Assembly: GCA_034429955.1 (NCBI GenBank)
Contig: DAOUFH010000095.1
Location: forward strand, 1 to 40,038
From: Dehalococcoidales bacterium
GTDB lineage: Bacteria > Chloroflexota > Dehalococcoidia > Dehalococcoidales > UBA3254
DNA: 40,038 bases
Direction of reading: 5' to 3'
Positions 34,568 through 40,038 of this stretch are shown piece after piece (positions within the stretch are counted from its first letter, which is position 1; the number at the start of each line of letters is the position of its first letter). The notes under the pieces are model-generated. The model was not told the origin of the DNA and did not search any database. It saw only the letters and a program-made list of their open reading frames with translations. A program made the position numbers and the translations under genes.

Positions 34568-35627
34568 AATAGTGGGAATCAAATTTAAAAAAGCCGGCAA
34601 GGTCTATTATTTCGACCCGGCCGGAATTGAACTTCAAAACAATGATTACGTAGTAGTGCAGACCGCCCGCGGAGTTGAAATAGGGCAGGTCTCCATTACA
34701 CCGCGGCAGATACTTGAGTCCGAAATCACGTCGGAACTGAAACCTATCCAGCGCAAAGCCGGTCCGGAAGACGTCAAGAAGGCCCAGGAATACGCTGAAA
34801 AAGAAGCCCCGGCATTGGCCGAATGCGCCAAAATGATCAACCGGCTGAATCTGCCGATGAAGCTGGTCTCAGCCGAATATAACCTGGACGGCAGCCGTTT
34901 GACTTTTCATTTCACCGCTGAAGAACGGGTGGACTTTCGCGAGCTGGTACGGGAACTGACGGCCTTTTTCAAGACCAGAATCGAACTGCGGCAAATCGGC
35001 CCGCGTGACCAGGCCAAAATTGTAGGGGGACTGGGACGTTGCGGACGCCCGCTGTGCTGTGTCTCTTTCCTGAGCGAATTCAACCCTGTTTCTATCAAAA
35101 TGGCCAAGGAACAGGACTTGCCGCTGGACCCCATGAAGATATCCGGAGTCTGCGGCAGATTACAGTGCTGCCTGGCCTATGAAAGCCAGCAGTACAAAGA
35201 AGCCAAAGCCAAAATGCCGCGCAAAGGCCAGCCGGTGGAAACCCCTTCCGGTAAAGGCTTCGTGGTGGGTGTTTTCCCTCTGAAGGAAAGCGTGATGGTG
35301 GAACTGGAAAGCCATGCCAGCGCGGAATTTCCTATGAACCAGATTAAACTGCTGGAATATCAACGCCATCCGTCGCCTCAAGCCGAGGATAGCGATGAAG
35401 CAAAAAGCGAAGCAGTTAGCGAACTGGACGAGGCCGGCAATGATCAAGCGCTCCGGCCCAAAACCGGAGTTACCACCCCGCCGGCCGAAGCTCCGCGTCA
35501 GGATAAAATAGCTCCCGCTGCCGGCCTGCCGGGAGAAGTCGAAACAGCCGAAGTAAAACCGGAAACTCTGCCGCCCGGTAATATCTCTTCCGCACCCGAA
35601 CCACCCCAACCGCCGGAAGAACATTAG
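34560..35627 (+). CDS. PSP1-domain protein (RicT/YaaT-like) with long Pro/Glu/Ala-rich C-terminal tail
   Basis: The PSP1 C-terminal domain signature GRCGRPLCCVSFL...GVCGRLQCCLAYE is present. Overlaps holB by 8 nt, the classic holB-yaaT arrangement. Residues about 270-355 are low complexity. Confidence 0.85.
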   Translation: MPEIVGIKFKKAGKVYYFDPAGIELQNNDYVVVQTARGVEIGQVSITPRQILESEITSELKPIQRKAGPEDVKKAQEYAEKEAPALAECAKMINRLNLPMKLVSAEYNLDGSRLTFHFTAEERVDFRELVRELTAFFKTRIELRQIGPRDQAKIVGGLGRCGRPLCCVSFLSEFNPVSIKMAKEQDLPLDPMKISGVCGRLQCCLAYESQQYKEAKAKMPRKGQPVETPSGKGFVVGVFPLKESVMVELESHASAEFPMNQIKLLEYQRHPSPQAEDSDEAKSEAVSELDEAGNDQALRPKTGVTTPPAEAPRQDKIAPAAGLPGEVETAEVKPETLPPGNISSAPEPPQPPEEH

Positions 35628-35654
35628 AACCAGGCTTGCTTAACTGAATAAAAC

Positions 35655-35685
35655 CAAAAAACCGCTGGATCCAGCGGTTTTTTTG
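35655..35685. terminator. Bidirectional intrinsic terminator between the PSP1 gene and the HNH gene
   Basis: AAAAAACCGCTGGATCCAGCGGTTTTTTT: a perfect palindromic GC stem flanked by A-run and T-run. Confidence 0.85.
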
Positions 35686-35698
35686 CGGTCGAACTATC

Positions 35699-36214
35699 TC
35701 AAGCAGCTCTGGGAGGCAGATATTTCTGCCAGTGTTGCTGGGTTTCAATGAAATGATAGGGGATATTCAAATAGATACTGCCGGCCGGTCTGACCGGAAT
35801 GGAAAGCAGCTTCATATGGGCCTCTTCAGGAGTACGCCCGGCCTTACGCCGGTTGCAATAGGCACAGGCACTGACCAGATTTTCCCAGGTATGCTTGCCG
35901 CCCTGGTGGCGCGGGATAACATGGTCCAGAGTTAAAACCCGGCTTTGCTTGCCGCAATACTGACAGGTATAATTGTCACGGTTAAATATTTCGATGCGGG
36001 TTAATTTGGGCTGGGGGTGAGGTCTTCTGATCTGGTAGGAGAGGCGGATTACCGAAGGGATTTCATACAGGGCACTGGCAGTATGGATATATCCGGAGCC
36101 ATTCTCCAGCATCTCTGCCTTGCCGCTGAAGATTAGGGAGAGTGCTCGCCTTGCACGGCAGACGTTTAAAGGTTCATAACTCTGGTTCAGGACCAAACAT
36201 GGGTGTTCCACCAT
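35699..36214 (-). CDS. HNH endonuclease (McrA-like small core-genome type)
   Basis: CQYCGK...LDHVIPRHQGGKHTWENLVSACAYCNRRK, the canonical HNH with a CxxC...CxxC zinc site. Confidence 0.85.
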   Translation of the reverse strand: MVEHPCLVLNQSYEPLNVCRARRALSLIFSGKAEMLENGSGYIHTASALYEIPSVIRLSYQIRRPHPQPKLTRIEIFNRDNYTCQYCGKQSRVLTLDHVIPRHQGGKHTWENLVSACAYCNRRKAGRTPEEAHMKLLSIPVRPAGSIYLNIPYHFIETQQHWQKYLPPRAA

Positions 36215-36261
36215 AGCAAATCCTTAACGCCTTTTCTTAATTCTAAACGCTTTGTCAGTGG

Positions 36262-36490
36262 GAATGCAACTATAGCTGACAGCTATCAGCCGTCAGTTTC
36301 GAGAAAAGGGTATTAAATAATACCAATAAGTACCAATACTACCAATACTACCAATGACTCAATAAAATTCGCAATACGCAAGAATAAATCCGAAGCAAAT
36401 TCCAGTCTGAAAGTGTCTAACCGCTAAGAATCTCCCCCTTTACCTGAAACTAAACACGAATAACGAAAAACGAATTACTCACCTTATCTT
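36262..36490 (-). repeat. Mosaic intergenic repeat, copy C (inverted relative to copy B)
   Basis: The reverse complement is near-identical to 27900-28102. It has one extra GGTAGTATT unit (9-mer run 36319-36356) and small differences in the CGTTCTTCG and hairpin modules. Confidence 0.9.
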
Positions 36491-36516
36491 CAATTTTGTT
36501 GTATGATTAGAATAAG

Positions 36517-37665
36517 ATGTCGGAAAAACAAACTTCAATCAAACGAATCGCTTTATTAGGTTCCACCGGTTCCATCGGTCTGCAGACGCTGGATATTGTA
36601 AGGGCCCACCCTGATAAATTCAAAATCATCGGGCTGGCAGCCGGCCATAATTTGAAACTGCTGGAAAAACAAATCGTCGAATTCAAGCCCCAGCTTTATC
36701 ATCACCTGGAAAAAGCCGCTGCTCTAAACTTTGAAGACGCCAGGTTCGCCTCGCCGGAGGAAATCGCCTCTAACATCAATGTAGACCTGGTAGTGGGCGC
36801 CACCGCCGGCCCGGCCGGCTTGAAACCGCTGCTGGCAGCCATTAAAGCCGATAAGACGGTCGCTCTGGCTAATAAAGAGCCGCTGGTGATGGCCGGAGAT
36901 ATCATATTAAGCAGAATGAAGCAAAGCCATAGCTGGATATTGCCGGTGGACAGTGAACACAGCGCCATCTGGCAGTGCCTGAACGGCGAGAGCCAGAAAC
37001 CGGCCAAGATTATCCTGACCGCTTCCGGCGGACCTTTCCTGCGTTACAAACAGTCTCAGCTGGAAAAAGTTACTCCTGAAGAGGCCCTTAAGCATCCCTC
37101 CTGGAAGATGGGCAAGAAGGTAACTATCGACTCAGCCACCCTGATGAACAAAGGACTGGAGGTAATTGAAGCCCATTGGCTTTTCGACATGCCTTATGCC
37201 AGCATTGAAATAGTCATACATCCCCAGAGCATTGTACATTCGATGATAGAGCTGGCCGACGGCTCGATCAAGGCCCAGCTCAGCCGGCCGGACATGCGGT
37301 TCCCGATACAGTTTGCCCTGTCTTACCCTGACAGGCTCAGCAACGCTGATTTACCTAAAATGGACTGGTCGGCAATCGGCAGTCTGCAATTTGAAAAGCC
37401 GGAGATTGATTCTTTCCCCTGCCTTAAACTGGCTCTGGAAGCAGGTAAAAAAGGCGGGACCTATCCGGCAGCTTTATGCGGGGCGGACGAAGCGGCGGTA
37501 GCTCTCTTTCTGGACGGCTCTATCAGTTTCACCGAAATCCCGCACCTGATCGAAAAGGTACTGGACAAACACATCAACAACACTCAGCCGGACATCGAAG
37601 AGATTTACCAGGCCGAACAAGAGGCCCGGAAAACCGCATACAGTTTTGCCGGAGGTATCAAGTAG
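36517..37665 (+). CDS. dxr: 1-deoxy-D-xylulose 5-phosphate reductoisomerase
   Basis: ALLGSTGSIGLQTLDI, LANKE, PVDSEHSAI, NKGLEVIEAH motifs. Confidence 0.95.
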   Translation: MSEKQTSIKRIALLGSTGSIGLQTLDIVRAHPDKFKIIGLAAGHNLKLLEKQIVEFKPQLYHHLEKAAALNFEDARFASPEEIASNINVDLVVGATAGPAGLKPLLAAIKADKTVALANKEPLVMAGDIILSRMKQSHSWILPVDSEHSAIWQCLNGESQKPAKIILTASGGPFLRYKQSQLEKVTPEEALKHPSWKMGKKVTIDSATLMNKGLEVIEAHWLFDMPYASIEIVIHPQSIVHSMIELADGSIKAQLSRPDMRFPIQFALSYPDRLSNADLPKMDWSAIGSLQFEKPEIDSFPCLKLALEAGKKGGTYPAALCGADEAAVALFLDGSISFTEIPHLIEKVLDKHINNTQPDIEEIYQAEQEARKTAYSFAGGIK

Positions 37666-38723
37666 TGTCGGTATTAATCGCTATTTTATCTTTTGTGGTT
37701 ATACTGGTAATACTGGTGGTAGCCCACGAATTCGCCCATTTCATCACCGCTAAAGCCAGGGGAGTGAAAGTACTGGAATTCGGTATCGGCTTTCCACCGC
37801 GTATCTGGGGCTTCCGTAAGGGTGAAACACTGTATTCCATCAACGCTCTGCCGCTGGGCGGCTTCGTCAAGCTTTCCGGAGAAGAAGATCCGCAGGCCGA
37901 ACGCAGCCTGGCCAGTAAAGGCTACGGCACCCGCATACTGGTGCTGGCAGCCGGCTCTCTGATGAACCTGATACTGCCCATATTCATCGCCGCTATCGCC
38001 TATGCGGTCCCCCACAATGTTTACACACCCACGCAAACCATCGATATCGTGGTAGATGACTATCCGGCAGCCCAGGCCGGTCTGGCCCAGGGAGATACCA
38101 TTATCGCAGTCAACGGGGTAGAGATGAGCGATTACACCTCCATCCAGACCGCGATCCGTAACAGTCCCAATGTCGAGATTACACTGACCATCAGACATCC
38201 GGATGAGAGCCTGGCAACAATCACACTGACACCTGTTCTCAACAGCGCTACCGGTTACGGTCAAATCGGTCTGTCGCCACAGATGATGGCCACCCGGGAA
38301 AGCCTGCCGGTTTGGCAAGCCTTCCCGGCCGGAGCCGACTACTGCTGGAGTACGCTGGTAGCTTATAAAGATGAAATCGCCCGCTGGATTAACGGGACCA
38401 CTTCTCCGCAGGTCTCAGGCATAGTAGGCATGACCGAAGTCACCGGGCAGGTAGCCCAGGCCGGTCTGACTCCTCTATTACTGTGGATGGCTTTCATCAG
38501 CATCAACCTGGGCATAGTCAATTTATTGCCGCTGCCCGCCCTGGATGGAGGCAGAATCTTCTTCGTGATACTGGAGATGATCAGAGGCGGACGTAAAATA
38601 TCCCCCAAAGTGGAAGGGCTTATCCACGGCATCGGGTTCCTGCTGCTAATCGGTCTGATGCTCCTGGTTACTTTCAGCGATATCACCAAACTGGTCACTA
38701 CAGGCAGTGTCATACCTCAATAA
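37665..38723 (+). CDS. rseP: RIP metalloprotease RseP/site-2 protease (M50) with PDZ domain
   Basis: HEFAHF zinc motif in the first TM, PDZ (AAQAGLAQGDTIIAVNG), NLLPLPALDGG. Start set at the GTG at 37665, overlapping the dxr stop (TAGTG), with a GGAGG 9 nt upstream. The track ORF starting at 37476 runs inside dxr. Confidence 0.88.
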   Translation: MSVLIAILSFVVILVILVVAHEFAHFITAKARGVKVLEFGIGFPPRIWGFRKGETLYSINALPLGGFVKLSGEEDPQAERSLASKGYGTRILVLAAGSLMNLILPIFIAAIAYAVPHNVYTPTQTIDIVVDDYPAAQAGLAQGDTIIAVNGVEMSDYTSIQTAIRNSPNVEITLTIRHPDESLATITLTPVLNSATGYGQIGLSPQMMATRESLPVWQAFPAGADYCWSTLVAYKDEIARWINGTTSPQVSGIVGMTEVTGQVAQAGLTPLLLWMAFISINLGIVNLLPLPALDGGRIFFVILEMIRGGRKISPKVEGLIHGIGFLLLIGLMLLVTFSDITKLVTTGSVIPQ

Positions 38724-38789
38724 TATATTTCACGGAAAATCGCCTATAATATAACTGATTAAAATATTTTGCGTGGAGAAACAAGAGGT

Positions 38790-39248
38790 ATGCTTAAAGA
38801 CTTTAAAAATTTCATCATGCGCGGCAATGTGGTGGATATGGCGGTCGGCATCGTTATCGGTGTGGCCTTCGGGGCAATCGTCAGTTCATTCGTCAATGAT
38901 GTTATCATGCCTCCGATCGGGCTGGCACTGGGCAATGTGGACTTCCAAAACCTGTTTGTAGTACTGAAGGAAGGCTCTGTGGCCGGTCCTTATGTTTCAC
39001 TGGCAGCGGCCAAAGAAGCCGGCGCCGTAACGATCAATTATGGTTTCTTTGTTAATACTCTCATTAATTTTCTGATTGTGGCAGCGGTGCTCTTCTTCTT
39101 TATAGTACGGCCCATCGCCAGGATGAATGAGAGAAAGAAAGCAGCCCAGCCGGCGGCAGCGCCAACGACCAAAGAGTGTCCTTACTGCCTGTCCAGCATA
39201 CCGCTGAAGGCCACTCGCTGTCCCCACTGTACTTCAGAATTAAAATAG
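38790..39248 (+). CDS. mscL: Large-conductance mechanosensitive channel MscL with C-terminal CxxC...CxxC zinc-ribbon-like tail
   Basis: MLKDFKNFIMRGNVVDMAVGIVIGVAFG...INYG.F....INF is the canonical MscL. Tail CPYCLSSIPLKATRCPHC. ATG at 38790, preceded by AGAGG. Confidence 0.9.
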   Translation: MLKDFKNFIMRGNVVDMAVGIVIGVAFGAIVSSFVNDVIMPPIGLALGNVDFQNLFVVLKEGSVAGPYVSLAAAKEAGAVTINYGFFVNTLINFLIVAAVLFFFIVRPIARMNERKKAAQPAAAPTTKECPYCLSSIPLKATRCPHCTSELK

Positions 39249-39272
39249 CCGTTGAAAAAGCTGAATCACATT

Positions 39273-39304
39273 AAAAAAACGCTTGATTAATCAAGCGTTT
39301 TTTA
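39273..39304. terminator. Bidirectional intrinsic terminator between mscL and the convergent methyltransferase gene
   Basis: AAAAAACGCTTGATTAATCAAGCGTTTTTT palindrome with flanking A and T runs. Confidence 0.85.
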
Positions 39305-39324
39305 CTAGCTGAGAGAGAAAACCG

Positions 39325-39918
39325 TCAGGCGCGGGAATAGAAAACGAAGATACAGCCGCCGTAGTAAAATTTTTCAGCGCCGGGGAAATGCCGTTCCACC
39401 CAGCCTTCTACTTCTTCCTTAATAAAAGGCTCGCCCATTTCCAGGCCCTTAGCCCCTTTTTCTTTAATAGGTTCACGGATAAAAGCCATCGGATAGTTGG
39501 CTGCAATTTGCTTCAGACATTTTTCGGCATCTTTAAGATGGTGCAGAACGCCCCACATCACTGCCAGTTCACCTTTGGGCAAAGAGGTTTCCAGGTCCAT
39601 TTCAACAGCGTCTATGCCCCGGCCTTTGGCCCGCTTGATCAGGGCCGGATAAATATCAAAACCACGGGTTTTAACCGGTTTGAAAATCTCTTTTAAATGT
39701 AAAGTGATTTTACCGTCACCGCAACCCAGATCATCCATCTTGCGGTGGAGAAAAGACTCAGGGACACGGGCCTTGAGCACGCCAAGTTGGGCTTTGATAG
39801 GCGAGCCGATCACCAGACTGGTCCCGAAAAGGGTATAGACTAATTTTTGAATCCTGTTATGTATGACAATACCCCCTGGAGTTGAATCGATTTTAGCATA
39901 ATTTAAAGCAGCGGCCAA
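39325..39918 (-). CDS. Class I SAM-dependent methyltransferase (substrate unknown)
   Basis: Motif I DLGCGDGK and downstream acidic and hydrophobic motifs. 197 aa. The start may be an internal Met. Confidence 0.65.
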   Translation of the reverse strand: MAAALNYAKIDSTPGGIVIHNRIQKLVYTLFGTSLVIGSPIKAQLGVLKARVPESFLHRKMDDLGCGDGKITLHLKEIFKPVKTRGFDIYPALIKRAKGRGIDAVEMDLETSLPKGELAVMWGVLHHLKDAEKCLKQIAANYPMAFIREPIKEKGAKGLEMGEPFIKEEVEGWVERHFPGAEKFYYGGCIFVFYSRA

Positions 39919-39944
39919 TCCGAATAGTTTTCGAGCCGAAACTG

Positions 39945-40038
39945 TTACTGCAGCAGGTTTTGAATAAAGCCGATACCATAATAGCCGGCATACGAGATGA
40001 CCAGAGCTTTCACTATATTCCCGGCCACACAGAGTATG
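39945..40038 (-). CDS. 3' end of a truncated ORF (hydrophobic C-terminus), product unknown
   Basis: The open frame runs off the window edge and ends at the TAA at 39945-39947. It translates to ..ILCVAGNIVKALVISYAGYYGIGFIQNLLQ. Confidence 0.3.
   Translation of the reverse strand, partial: ILCVAGNIVKALVISYAGYYGIGFIQNLLQ

Noticed and set aside
35160-35624. 154-aa minus-strand ORF
   Set aside because: It is antisense to the low-complexity tail of the PSP1-domain gene. It is Arg/Gly/Phe-rich and is a shadow ORF.
37476-37664. N-terminal 63 codons of the track ORF for rseP
   Set aside because: This stretch lies inside dxr in another frame and is Arg/Gly-rich. The GTG at 37665 with an upstream GGAGG gives the normal RseP N-terminus, with TM1 carrying HExxH.
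37686-38318. 210-aa minus-strand ORF
   Set aside because: It is antisense to rseP (HEFAHF, PDZ, LDGG motifs). It is a shadow ORF.

Overview
This 40-kb chromosomal window is mostly housekeeping genes of moderate to high GC. Gene content suggests a Chloroflexota/Dehalococcoidia-like bacterium, but that is only a guess; no database search was possible.

**Core genes recognised from motifs:** S41 C-terminal protease, rsmE, an OmpR-type two-component pair, tex, RNase P RNA (minus strand), nucleoside 2-deoxyribosyltransferase, RNase HI, a Kv-like K+ channel, a YegS-type lipid kinase, dCMP deaminase, archaeal-type dUTPase, a HerA/NurA cluster, dapA, dapB, rpsO-pnp, mazG, holB, a PSP1/RicT-like gene, dxr, rseP and mscL.

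**Three things stand out:**
1. A sharply AT-rich, roughly 5-kb island (about 7830-13050) lies between tex and rnpB. It carries a tightly packed four-gene operon: an M.TaqI-like N6-adenine DNA methyltransferase, a 761-aa protein fusing a MORC/Hsp90-like GHKL ATPase to a complete histidine-kinase core, a receiver-domain/coiled-coil protein, and an HNH nuclease that is translationally coupled to the receiver gene. I read this as a candidate phosphorelay-gated restriction/defence system. It resembles Detocs and R-M loci, but I do not recognise this combination as a described system.
2. A cobalamin riboswitch (minus strand, about 21060-21230) is followed by two tandem terminators. It sits upstream of an unusual operon: a Zn-dependent dehydrogenase plus a divergent TrpD-like phosphoribosyltransferase.
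3. A family of mosaic intergenic repeats includes a near-identical inverted pair. That pair flanks the 8.2-kb dapB-pnp-mazG-holB segment and differs by one unit of a 9-bp tandem repeat.

All calls rest on reading the sequence and the supplied ORF translations. Nothing was searched or computed beyond hand inspection.
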